Positions 16,357 to 25,147 of a stretch of 64,000 nt of DNA are shown here, in pieces. The stretch is from Clostridia bacterium. GTDB taxonomy: Bacteria > Bacillota > Peptococcia > Peptococcales > BICA1-8. The notes under the pieces were generated by a model that ran no database searches, was not told the DNA's origin, and saw only the letters and a program-made list of their open reading frames with translations. The translations under genes were made by a program, and so were the position numbers. The stretch lies in the NCBI GenBank assembly GCA_030154225.1, contig JASKKI010000003.1:14217-78216 (forward strand). Reading direction: 5' to 3'. Each line of letters begins with the position of its first letter. Position 1 is the first letter of the stretch.

Positions 16357-17864
16357 CCTCCCCCAACTAACTGAATACTTTTTACTATGCTTTGAGCAGA
16401 CATAACTGCTAAGTCATAGAAATTAGCTCCAAAGTTAGGCAATACACCTAATACCAGAGAAAGGGTAGCTGTAATAATAATGGGAATTAACATCATATTA
16501 CTTGCTTCACCAAACTTAGTAAATTTATCAGAAGTTTTAAAGAAAGCCATATAGCCAACAGGTACTAAATAGGCAGTACTTAACATAGCACTTCCAATCA
16601 ATACGGCAACATACAGACCTTTCCCCGCTTGTAAGGCACCCAGAGCTAAATTCCATTTACTGATAAAGCCAACAATAAAGGGAAAACCTGCTATACCGAA
16701 AGAAGCAATGGTAAAAGCAGCCATGGTAATAGGCATTCGTTTTCCAATACCTTTCATTCTACTAATTTCAGTTTCATGGGTAGTAACATTTATTGCTCCT
16801 GCGCAGAAAAAGAGAGTTATCTTCATAAAGGCATGGGCAATTATATGATACATTCCGCCTAAAAATCCTAATGGTGTCAAAAGTGATACACCTAGTACTA
16901 CATAAGACAATTGACCTACTGTTGAGAAGGCAAGTCTTCTCTTTAAATTGTCTTGTTTCATTGCTATTAACGAAGAAACAATTATAGTAAAGGCTGCTAC
17001 CCAAGCCAATACTGTTGCTACACCTATTTGGCTTAACAACTCCGGTCCAAAAACATAACCTATAACCCGTAAAATACCAAATGCACCTGCTTTAACAACG
17101 GCAACAGCATGTAACAAGGCACTAACAGGAGTAGGCGCAACCATAGCGGCAGGAAGCCAACCATGTAAAGGCATAACACCTGCTTTTACAGCAGTCCCAA
17201 TGATCATTAAAACAAAAATTGTTTGTAAAGCCCCTACTGAAGCATGATTAAGACTTAGGAAACCACCTGCCTGGAAATCTCCATTACCTACTATCAGGTA
17301 TGTCCAGACAATACCAATAAGGAACAATTGGCCAGCTATTAAAGTATAAGCAAGATATTTTCTACCTGATTTTATAGCCTCATCATTACGTGCATGGATT
17401 ACTAACGGATAAGTTGCAATAGTCAATATTTCATAAAATACAAAAAATGTTAGCAAATTAGCCGCAAAAGCTATCCCCATGGTAGCTGAAAGACAAACAG
17501 CAAAAGCAGCAAAGTAGCCAGTCTGGTTTTTTTCATGATGGCCACGCATGTAGCCAATGGAATAAAAGGAAGTTACAACCCATAAAGCAGAAGCTAAAGC
17601 TGCAAACAGCATCCCCGCAGTATCAACTCTTAATTGCAGAGAAATCCCTTTCGCAACATGGATGGGAGCAATCTCCAATACCTGACCGGACAAAACCAAT
17701 GGCAGCATCGAAAATACGATAGCTACTTTACCAAAGGCAGCTAAAATTGTCCATGATTCCCGGAGATTTGGGCGTTCACCTGTGATTAAAATCAACACTG
17801 CAGCGACAAGGGAAATTAAAACTGCCCATAAGGGTCTGTAATCTAGTAAGATTTCTGGTGCCAT
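16350..17864 (-). CDS. MrpD/NuoM-N-like antiporter subunit (second)
   Basis: 504 aa with LHGWLPAAMVAPTPVSALLHA and HAFMKITLFFCAG. Confidence 0.85.
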   Translation of the reverse strand: MAPEILLDYRPLWAVLISLVAAVLILITGERPNLRESWTILAAFGKVAIVFSMLPLVLSGQVLEIAPIHVAKGISLQLRVDTAGMLFAALASALWVVTSFYSIGYMRGHHEKNQTGYFAAFAVCLSATMGIAFAANLLTFFVFYEILTIATYPLVIHARNDEAIKSGRKYLAYTLIAGQLFLIGIVWTYLIVGNGDFQAGGFLSLNHASVGALQTIFVLMIIGTAVKAGVMPLHGWLPAAMVAPTPVSALLHAVAVVKAGAFGILRVIGYVFGPELLSQIGVATVLAWVAAFTIIVSSLIAMKQDNLKRRLAFSTVGQLSYVVLGVSLLTPLGFLGGMYHIIAHAFMKITLFFCAGAINVTTHETEISRMKGIGKRMPITMAAFTIASFGIAGFPFIVGFISKWNLALGALQAGKGLYVAVLIGSAMLSTAYLVPVGYMAFFKTSDKFTKFGEASNMMLIPIIITATLSLVLGVLPNFGANFYDLAVMSAQSIVKSIQLVGGGW

Positions 17865-19343
17865 CTAATTCCCACCCCCCGGAAGAGCGTATAGTAATAC
17901 TTGAGAGACAATTTGTTCATTAAATATTCCGATAACCAGAATTCCTAAACCAAGTACAACTATGGGTACTAACATTTGTAAAGGTAATTCCAAAGATCCT
18001 TTAACTTCTTCAGATGGTTCGGAAGCCTTTTTCAGATAAATATTTTCAATTACTCTGAAGAAGTAAATAGCATTCAATAAACTACTGATGATTATAATTA
18101 CCACATACGGCCACATATTGGCCTCCAAGGCTCCTAAAACCAAATACCATTTACTAAAGAACCCGGCTGTAGGTGGTAACCCAACCATTGAAAGAGCTGC
18201 TATGAGGAAAGCACCCATAGTGAGGGGCATTTTCCTGCATAATTGGGCATATTTCTCAATTGTATGTTCACCGGTCCGCCATTTCACACCACCGGCTACC
18301 AGGAACAAACAGCTTTTCATAATTGCATGGTTGATGATATGCAAAATAGCACCGATTAAACCTAAAGTATTACCAACGGCAAACCCTACAACTATATAAC
18401 CTATTTGGGCCACACTGGAATAAGCTAGCATTCTTCTAAAATCTTTTTGAGCAATAGCCATTATGGATCCTGCTATTATACCCACCGCTGCCAACCAACC
18501 CATTACCTCTAAGGCAGCTTTTACAGGTGCGGCAGCACTGCCGATGATAAAGAAGAAAAACCTTAATACAGCATACGCAGGTACCTTAGCCATTACTCCG
18601 GCAATAAATGCAGTTGCAGCCGGGTGGGAATAGGTATAAGCATCAGGTTGCCAACCATGTAGTGGAAACAACGCCATTTTTGTACCCAAACCGACCACAA
18701 ACATAACAATGGCTAATAAAACAACAGGTGAATCAATTAAAGGCGGTAGTTTTTCCACCAAATCAGCCATGTTCAGAGAACCAGTTATAGCATATAAATA
18801 GCCTATTCCTAATAAATAAAAGGATGCACCAATTGTACCAATCAACAAGTAACGAAAGGCGGCAACGGTAGCACGATGTCCACCGGCTGCAATTAATGCA
18901 TAACCGGTAAGTGAGGAAATTTCCAAGAAAACATAAAAGTTAAAGACGTCACCGGTCACTACCATACCTAAAAGGCCGGTAGTAAGGAGGGTATATAGTG
19001 AATAAAATATACCTTTTTTTAACCAGGTATCTTCTTTTAAGAAAGGCCCGGAATATATAGCGACAACTAAACTTACAAAAGAAATTAATACAGCCATTGC
19101 TCCACCAAGGGGATCAATTACATATTCTATGCCCCAGGGTGGTGCCCAGTTACCAAAATGGTAATGCCAAGTTCCTTGTGTTAAAGCATGAACCAGACTA
19201 CCAATTGAGCTTATAAGAGCCACTGAAATGGCAGCAATAGAAAGCCAGCGCACTAATGTTTTTGAAAAATAAGCAATAAAGGGAGAAGCTAAAGCTGCCA
19301 ATAGTGGAACAACAACGATTAGAGCTGGAAGCTGTTCTCTCAT
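17865..19343 (-). CDS. MrpD/NuoN-like antiporter subunit (first)
   Basis: 492 aa with FPLHGWQPDAY and HAIMKSCLFLVAG. Confidence 0.85.
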   Translation of the reverse strand: MREQLPALIVVVPLLAALASPFIAYFSKTLVRWLSIAAISVALISSIGSLVHALTQGTWHYHFGNWAPPWGIEYVIDPLGGAMAVLISFVSLVVAIYSGPFLKEDTWLKKGIFYSLYTLLTTGLLGMVVTGDVFNFYVFLEISSLTGYALIAAGGHRATVAAFRYLLIGTIGASFYLLGIGYLYAITGSLNMADLVEKLPPLIDSPVVLLAIVMFVVGLGTKMALFPLHGWQPDAYTYSHPAATAFIAGVMAKVPAYAVLRFFFFIIGSAAAPVKAALEVMGWLAAVGIIAGSIMAIAQKDFRRMLAYSSVAQIGYIVVGFAVGNTLGLIGAILHIINHAIMKSCLFLVAGGVKWRTGEHTIEKYAQLCRKMPLTMGAFLIAALSMVGLPPTAGFFSKWYLVLGALEANMWPYVVIIIISSLLNAIYFFRVIENIYLKKASEPSEEVKGSLELPLQMLVPIVVLGLGILVIGIFNEQIVSQVLLYALPGGGN

Positions 19344-19708
19344 TTGTTCATCCTCCGTAGTATATCATCTTCCTCAATCTCGCTATAGCGACCTTGAATT
19401 CGCATAAGTAATGCCAGTGCTACCCCGGTAGTACTTAAACTAACAACGATTGCTGTAAGCATTAGCGCATGAGGAAGTGGATTAATATAGTGATCTACAT
19501 TTGTATCATGACCAATCATTATGGGCAATGTTCCACCCATTTTTTGTCCTAAAACCAAGAAAAAGAGAATTACAGCCACTTGCATGATATTCATGGCCAT
19601 CAGTTTTTTCATAAAATTGTTATTATCCAGTATTCCATAAATACCAAGTAAGAAGAGGATTGCTATCAGCCAGTAGATTAAAGAACCGGCTAAAAATTCC
19701 TGAATCAT
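19340..19708 (-). CDS. MrpC/MnhC (NuoK-like) subunit
   Basis: 122 aa with three TM helices. 4-nt overlaps with both neighbours. Confidence 0.75.
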   Translation of the reverse strand: MIQEFLAGSLIYWLIAILFLLGIYGILDNNNFMKKLMAMNIMQVAVILFFLVLGQKMGGTLPIMIGHDTNVDHYINPLPHALMLTAIVVSLSTTGVALALLMRIQGRYSEIEEDDILRRMNK

Positions 19709-20142
19709 AATAAATCCTCCCCTCCCGTTAAGGCATCAAAAATAGTTATAATTGTAGCCATAACACAAATTGTTACACCTATTTCAATTCCCAGCATACC
19801 TAAAGCATGAAGTTCCGCCGGGTCATGTAAATCAATTGGAAATCTTCCATATTCTAAGAATTTCCCTCCAAAAATCATTGTTGAAAAACCGATTGCTCCG
19901 TAAATAAATGTCCCTATACCAGCTAAAATCAAAGCCGTAGTACCTTTTATATTAAAAATAGGTTCCCGTCCTTGAACTAATCTTGCTAAAACTACACCTA
20001 CAGCTAAGAGAGCACCTGCCTGGAAACCGCCCCCTGGGCTGTATTCACCATGAACAAGTACATATATACCATAAACAAGAGTAAAGGGAACAAGGACTCT
20101 AAAGGAAGTGTCTAAAATGATGCTGCCAAAACTACGATGCAT
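19705..20142 (-). CDS. MrpB/MnhB (MbhF-like) subunit
   Basis: 145 aa with the GGGFQAGALLA motif typical of MnhB-domain proteins. Confidence 0.75.
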   Translation of the reverse strand: MHRSFGSIILDTSFRVLVPFTLVYGIYVLVHGEYSPGGGFQAGALLAVGVVLARLVQGREPIFNIKGTTALILAGIGTFIYGAIGFSTMIFGGKFLEYGRFPIDLHDPAELHALGMLGIEIGVTICVMATIITIFDALTGGEDLL

Positions 20143-20447
20143 TAATTTTCCCCTCCTCTTTCTTCTTTATATTTTTTACTTGCAGCTGTCCGTAAAATCA
20201 TTACGGTGGCTATTCCTGCAATAAAAATAACTGTCGTTTCTCCCAAGGTATCATAGCCCCGATAATCCGCCAACGTTGCAGTTACCATGTTGGGGGAAGC
20301 AGTTTCTTCATAGGACTTTTCAATATAACGGGGTGATACATGAGTATTAGGTGCGGAATTAGCATCACCAATTAATGGTAAGCCGACTGCTGTATAAAAA
20401 TACACCCCAGCCATAAGGATAATCAAAACTAAAGATATCTTTTTCAC
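20142..20447 (-). CDS. MbhE-like small subunit (MnhB-related domain)
   Basis: 101 aa with the ADYRGYDTLGETTVIF motif. Confidence 0.65.
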   Translation of the reverse strand: MKKISLVLIILMAGVYFYTAVGLPLIGDANSAPNTHVSPRYIEKSYEETASPNMVTATLADYRGYDTLGETTVIFIAGIATVMILRTAASKKYKEERGGEN

Positions 20448-20689
20448 TGCTTACACCCCCTCTTAAGTTTATTTAGGGCAGCAATGAAGAAAACGGTAGA
20501 AAACACACCGATAACAGCTTCTGTAAATGCTACGTCGGGAGCACCTACGATCAAATACAAAAGCATAGCAAAGAAGCTAAAAGCTTCAAACAAAACAATA
20601 GCTGCTAATAAATCCTTAACCTTTAAAGCAGTAATACCTGTACCTATTAAAAATATTAATAATATTGTTTCAATAACTAACTCCAGCAT
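20444..20689 (-). CDS. DUF4040/MbhD-like subunit (homolog of the MrpA C-terminal domain)
   Basis: 81 aa with three TM helices and GAPDVAFTEAVIG. Confidence 0.65.
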   Translation of the reverse strand: MLELVIETILLIFLIGTGITALKVKDLLAAIVLFEAFSFFAMLLYLIVGAPDVAFTEAVIGVFSTVFFIAALNKLKRGCKQ

Positions 20690-20692
20690 TGT

Positions 20693-20992
20693 CTAATCCC
20701 CCTTCCGCATCCATGGTTTAAGACCACATCTATAAGCTTCACGACAAATGATATGGGTACCAATGGGATTAGCCAGTAAGATAAATAAAACAATGAACAT
20801 GAGTTTTATACTTGTTAAAGTCATTCCTTCATAAAGAGCAAGCCCAATAAAACTTAGAAGCATACCAAGAGTTTCACTTTTACCAGAGGCATGTAAACGA
20901 GTATAAAAATCAGGGAGACGCATAACTCCAATGGCAGCTACCAGTATAAAGAAAAATCCTAATAACAGGAAAATACTAGCAATTATCTTCAC
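20693..20992 (-). CDS. MrpG/MnhG subunit
   Basis: 99 aa with RLPDFYTRLHASGKSETLG. Confidence 0.8.
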   Translation of the reverse strand: MKIIASIFLLLGFFFILVAAIGVMRLPDFYTRLHASGKSETLGMLLSFIGLALYEGMTLTSIKLMFIVLFILLANPIGTHIICREAYRCGLKPWMRKGD

Positions 20993-21267
20993 TTGTTGAT
21001 GTCTCCTTTCCCCCCAATATACTTGGCTATTACAACTAAGCTAATAAAACCTAGGATAGCATAAGAAATAGAAATATCTACAAACATATCAGGGCGTTTG
21101 TTTAGATAACCAATTAAAATAACTAGTAATATGGTATCTACCCCGATAACTCCCAAACCATTTAATCTGTCATAGACACTGGGGCCTTGGAAAACACGGA
21201 AAAGCATAATAAAAATAACGATAACCAGTCCAACAATTAAAGCCATAAATAGATTGTCCATTGTCAT
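20989..21267 (-). CDS. MrpF/MnhF subunit
   Basis: 92 aa with RVFQGPSVYDRLNGLGVIG. Confidence 0.8.
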   Translation of the reverse strand: MTMDNLFMALIVGLVIVIFIMLFRVFQGPSVYDRLNGLGVIGVDTILLVILIGYLNKRPDMFVDISISYAILGFISLVVIAKYIGGKGDINK

Positions 21268-21845
21268 TATACTTCTCCCTCCCTTTGCGTGTTTAACTCT
21301 TCCCCTGTTTCTTCGTTAAAAAGACGACTAACACGAACCATCATTTCTCCCTGGCCATTCCCCAGACCTTGAGCTGCACCATCAGTTAAGGCATGAATGG
21401 TGTAAACACCGTCTTTTACATCCATAGTTATTGTTCCAGGGGTAAGAGTAATGGAATTGGCTAGTGTAACATGAGCCAATGGATTAGACATTGGTCTTTT
21501 AAACTGTACAACTTGAGGATTAATCGGCAACTTTGGATTTAATACAACCAATGCAATATCTATATTAGCCTTAATTATTTCTTTAAGTAGCCAAAACCAG
21601 TAAATCAAATATTTAAAATAAGCAAAATCAAAGGCCAGGAAATATCCTTTTCCATCTGCTGATGGTAAGCGCAACAAAGGAAGGGTTACCCAAGCCGAAA
21701 CAACAGCTGTTATAAAACCTATTGTTAAATATTTAGCCTCCATTTTACCTGATAACAAAACCCAAAAAACAAAAAGTATGGCTGTTAAAAAAATATAATT
21801 TTTTGTTTGAGATGTTCCTGAATTGTTATTCATTTTCATAATCAT
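21267..21845 (-). CDS. MrpE/MnhE subunit
   Basis: NSITLTPGTITMDV motif. Start moved to ATG 21845, which lies 7 nt after AGGTGG. The track uses GTG 21857. Confidence 0.78.
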   Translation of the reverse strand: MIMKMNNNSGTSQTKNYIFLTAILFVFWVLLSGKMEAKYLTIGFITAVVSAWVTLPLLRLPSADGKGYFLAFDFAYFKYLIYWFWLLKEIIKANIDIALVVLNPKLPINPQVVQFKRPMSNPLAHVTLANSITLTPGTITMDVKDGVYTIHALTDGAAQGLGNGQGEMMVRVSRLFNEETGEELNTQREGEV

Positions 21846-22299
21846 CAGCGATACCACCTAAAATAGAGTAAAATAAAGAATTAAATTAAAAAACTTTTAG
21901 TAGCCTTATTCATACATTTCTTATCTCTCTCTTCTAAAGAACTTTTCCTTACTCTATATAGAGGCTCTAAAATTACACCTCCTGTAAATAAAAATTTAAA
22001 AACCTCCTTTCTTAATAATTAGTAACTTTCTTAACATTATTAATTTAATTTTATCATAAAAAAAGCCTGTACCTCAAAAATTAAAATTATGCATTTCGAG
22101 ATAAGGACTTTATAAGTTGATAGTAATTTATAAATTCCTATATAGGATAACAGACAACTTATCAACTAGTCAACGTTTCTGGGTGAAATGCAATAATTAA
22201 GAATTTTTATAAATTATCTCTATTTAATGGATATTTTGCTAATCTAGTAAAAAATTCCTTTTTTATTTTGGAATACATAATACAATTTCTCTAAAAAGC

Positions 22300-22327
22300 A
22301 AAAAACTGCCGACTTTTTGTCGACAGT
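22300..22327 (-). terminator. Intrinsic terminator of rpmE
   Basis: On the minus strand: ACTGTCGAC-AAAAA-GTCGGCAGT followed by TTTTTGCTTTTT. Confidence 0.7.
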
Positions 22328-22349
22328 TATTAAGAGTAGAAAAACTCTT

Positions 22350-22550
22350 CTATTTAATACCATGTTTTTTCTTAAATGCTTCTACCCGACCGGCAGCGGC
22401 AACAGTACGTTGTTTTCCAGTATAGAAGGGATGACATTTAGAACAAATTTCTACTTTTAATTCACTTTTAGTAGAACCTGTTTCAAATTCATTGCCACAT
22501 GCACAAGTAACTTTTGCAGCACCATATTTTGGATGAATTTTTTCTTTCAT
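22350..22550 (-). CDS. rpmE: 50S ribosomal protein L31 (zinc-ribbon form)
   Basis: 66 aa: MKEKIHPKY... with CxC and CxxC Cys pairs (CAC ... CSKC). Confidence 0.95.
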   Translation of the reverse strand: MKEKIHPKYGAAKVTCACGNEFETGSTKSELKVEICSKCHPFYTGKQRTVAAAGRVEAFKKKHGIK

Positions 22551-22653
22551 TCGGGTTCACCTCTTTCCATCGGTTTCACTAGAACACTTATTATATTATA
22601 TATTCTTTAGTTAGGCCAGTCAACACTTTACTTCAGAGTACATTCTGCTTATA

Positions 22654-22696
22654 AGTTATACTGCATGATGTATCTAATGATGGGATGCCATTTCTT
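22654..22696. repeat. Left copy of a 42-43-bp direct repeat bracketing the radical SAM gene
   Basis: AGTTATACTGCATGAT (22654-22669) is identical to 23990-24005. A similar tail follows (...ATGAT..GATGCC.TTC.T). Confidence 0.75.
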
Positions 22697-22714
22697 ACTG
22701 TAATACTATCACAC

Positions 22715-23962
22715 TTACACATTTCTTTTTATCGGTTTGGTATAATTGCCTATTTCTACCCGGGGTAGTTCTTCAGCTAAAATGTCTAGAAAAGCCGGTA
22801 CACCTAAAGGATTTCCCTTAGGGACAGGAAGTTCAGCTAACAATACATCAGGATCAATATTTAAGTTTCGAACTTGAATAGCTTTCACACCTGTTTCCTT
22901 TACTAAATTTATTAAAGCAATAATTTCATCTTCACAGTCATTAATTCCCGGAAAAAACAGTAGGTTAAGATAGGTATATACACCATTAGCAGAGGCAAAT
23001 TTTAAGGATTCCTTTACATTTTGTAAACTATAACTTTTTGGATGGTAATAAGCATTATAAATTTGGGGATTGGCACTATTTAAACTTACTCGCAAAGAAT
23101 CAATACCTGCTAAACAAATTTTTTCTATTCCTTTTGTATAACCTGCATTAGTATTCATATTAATTGTTCCCTTACTGGTTTTTGCTCTAATTTTTAATAT
23201 TGCCTGTGCAATGAGGTCTGATTGCAAACTAGGTTCTCCTTCACAACCTTGTCCAAAACTTATAATTGCCTCCATCCCGTTATTAAGATGATGAACTCCG
23301 ATTTCAACAATTTCCTCTATCTTTGGCACATAATCAATCCTATTTTGGGGAGATGGACAACATTCACTGGGTTGTAAAGAAATGCAACCTATGCACTGGG
23401 CATTACATACAGGGGAAACGGGAATTCCTCCTTCCCATCTCTTATAAAATATATTTTGAGCAGTAAAACAACTATATTCTAAGGCGCAATGACTTAACTG
23501 TTTAAGAATTCTATTTTCAGGAAATTGATTTATCAGCTCTTGTACATTTTTTTTTAATTGAACAGTATTAAAATGTTTCGGATTCCACTTTTCATCTATA
23601 TCAGTAGCTTTCGCAGCAACATAAAACTTTCCTCTTTTAAAGGCTACTGCTGCATAACCGAATAGGGGTAATGGTTTAGACTTTCTGTCATTTATAAAAG
23701 CAGGTAACAGTGTTCTGGTAAAACCCTGGGGTAATAATGCGCCCACGGGATAACCGGCATCCTGGTATTTAAGAAATTTACCCTTTTTGTCCATGACTAC
23801 TGCTGTTCGTCCAGGTATCATGGTCAAGGTAGCACCATCTGGTAAAGGAATAAATTCTTCCTCTGTCGGCTCGACAAATATGTTACCCATTCTACCTAAT
23901 GCATAAAGATCATTGTGTTCATAAGCATTACCCTTTTCATCTGCATAAACAAAATTAAACAT
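22715..23962 (-). CDS. radical SAM protein of unknown function with a ~175-aa N-terminal domain
   Basis: CNAQCIGC (CxxxCxxC) cluster motif and a GQGCEGEPSL SAM-binding-like motif. No Cys-rich SPASM tail. GGAGGAG SD upstream. Confidence 0.8.
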   Translation of the reverse strand: MFNFVYADEKGNAYEHNDLYALGRMGNIFVEPTEEEFIPLPDGATLTMIPGRTAVVMDKKGKFLKYQDAGYPVGALLPQGFTRTLLPAFINDRKSKPLPLFGYAAVAFKRGKFYVAAKATDIDEKWNPKHFNTVQLKKNVQELINQFPENRILKQLSHCALEYSCFTAQNIFYKRWEGGIPVSPVCNAQCIGCISLQPSECCPSPQNRIDYVPKIEEIVEIGVHHLNNGMEAIISFGQGCEGEPSLQSDLIAQAILKIRAKTSKGTINMNTNAGYTKGIEKICLAGIDSLRVSLNSANPQIYNAYYHPKSYSLQNVKESLKFASANGVYTYLNLLFFPGINDCEDEIIALINLVKETGVKAIQVRNLNIDPDVLLAELPVPKGNPLGVPAFLDILAEELPRVEIGNYTKPIKRNV

Positions 23963-23989
23963 TACTTAACTCCTCCGGATTTAAGTTAC

Positions 23990-24031
23990 AGTTATACTGC
24001 ATGATTTATATGATAGTAGATGCCTTTCGTT
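23990..24031. repeat. Right copy of the direct repeat bracketing the radical SAM gene
   Basis: See 22654-22696. It lies 28-70 nt upstream of the radical SAM start codon. Confidence 0.75.
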
Positions 24032-24058
24032 GGGCACTGGTCACCGGGCACTGGTTAC
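24032..24058. repeat. Dispersed repeat, family B copy
   Basis: GGGCACTGGTCACCGGGCACTGGTTAC, 30 nt downstream of the M23 peptidase stop. Confidence 0.75.
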
Positions 24059-24087
24059 GAGACCTAGAAGTTTCCCCATAGAGCTGT

Positions 24088-24969
24088 TTAATAGTCAGTA
24101 TTACTAGTATAAATATACTTCAATGGATTAACAACCTTTCCATATTCATATATTTCAAAATGAAGATGGGGTCCGGTAGAGCGCCCTGTATTCCCCATTA
24201 AAGCGATAGTTTCTTTAGCCTTAACCCACTGTCCTTCTTCAACAAGTATTTTGCTGTTATGTCCGTAAAGGGTCTTATAACCATTTAAATGGTCAACTAT
24301 TACCGTTTTACCATAATTACCTTTCCAGCCGACAAAGATGACTTTTCCTCCCTGGGCGGCTTTAACAGGAGTTCCTGGTTTATTTGAAAAATCAATACCA
24401 GTATGAAACTCATCATGCCTGGGACCAAAAAGTGATGTTAAGATACCATGGGTTGGTGAATTCATAAAATACCTATAATTCCTGGAAGCAACATTTTGAG
24501 AAGTATTAGTCGTTATGGTTACATGGGCCTTAACACCGGGAATAGCTAAAATTGTTCCTTCGATTAATTTGTTAGGAAACCAAATATCATTAGCTAATAG
24601 GATTTGTTGGGGTAATATTCCATAAATATTGGCAATATCCCAGATAGTATCCCCGGCAGTAACTTCATGGGTTACTTCAAAAATCTTTGGTACTAAAATT
24701 TCCTGTCCCGGTACGATAAAATTTGGATTTTTGAGATCATTAAGAGCCGCAATTAAACCGGCATCACTATTAAATTTTCTACCAATACTATATAAAGTGT
24801 CCCCTTTATTAACAATATAAACCGTTGTACCGGATTCATTATAGCTACTGGCGGGAAGATCTAATACCAGAGGTTTATATTCCGTTGCTTCCCCTACTGA
24901 AAGATTGAAAAATATAGTTAGTAAAAAAACTAATATGGTTAACTTTAATTTTAGCTTTTTTATATTCAT
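24088..24969 (-). CDS. secreted LysM-domain M23 family metallopeptidase
   Basis: Signal-like N-terminus, two LysM repeats (YIVNKGDTLYSIGRKF and HEVTAGDTIWDIANIY), and M23 motifs HTGIDF and GPHLHFEI. Confidence 0.88.
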   Translation of the reverse strand: MNIKKLKLKLTILVFLLTIFFNLSVGEATEYKPLVLDLPASSYNESGTTVYIVNKGDTLYSIGRKFNSDAGLIAALNDLKNPNFIVPGQEILVPKIFEVTHEVTAGDTIWDIANIYGILPQQILLANDIWFPNKLIEGTILAIPGVKAHVTITTNTSQNVASRNYRYFMNSPTHGILTSLFGPRHDEFHTGIDFSNKPGTPVKAAQGGKVIFVGWKGNYGKTVIVDHLNGYKTLYGHNSKILVEEGQWVKAKETIALMGNTGRSTGPHLHFEIYEYGKVVNPLKYIYTSNTDY

Positions 24970-25147
24970 TATTTGTCTTCACTCCATTTATTTAAATTTG
25001 AAATCTTAAATATTTTGGGGTGAAGTTAGGGGAAAATATACATTTCTCTCTATGGTAAAATTTGTAGTAGTGTGATGACTCACTGGCCAATGGTTTTTTC
25101 TAGTAAGCCTGTATTTTTTGTTCGTTAACATAATTTGTCACCAGTCA

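Noticed and set aside
14393-21857. Membrane-bound hydrogenase (Mbh) or complex I-like respiratory module.
   Set aside because: Only membrane-arm (Mrp-type) subunits are present. No NiFe large or small subunit and no NuoB/C/D/I-like or ferredoxin-like genes lie in or next to the operon. I therefore call it an Mrp-type antiporter with Mbh-like gene order.
22715-24969. RiPP or peptide-modification cluster (radical SAM plus peptidase).
   Set aside because: No small precursor ORF was found in the flanking spacers and the radical SAM protein has no SPASM-type auxiliary cluster. The peptidase is a LysM-M23 cell-wall hydrolase type. The genes are separated by a repeat-filled spacer.
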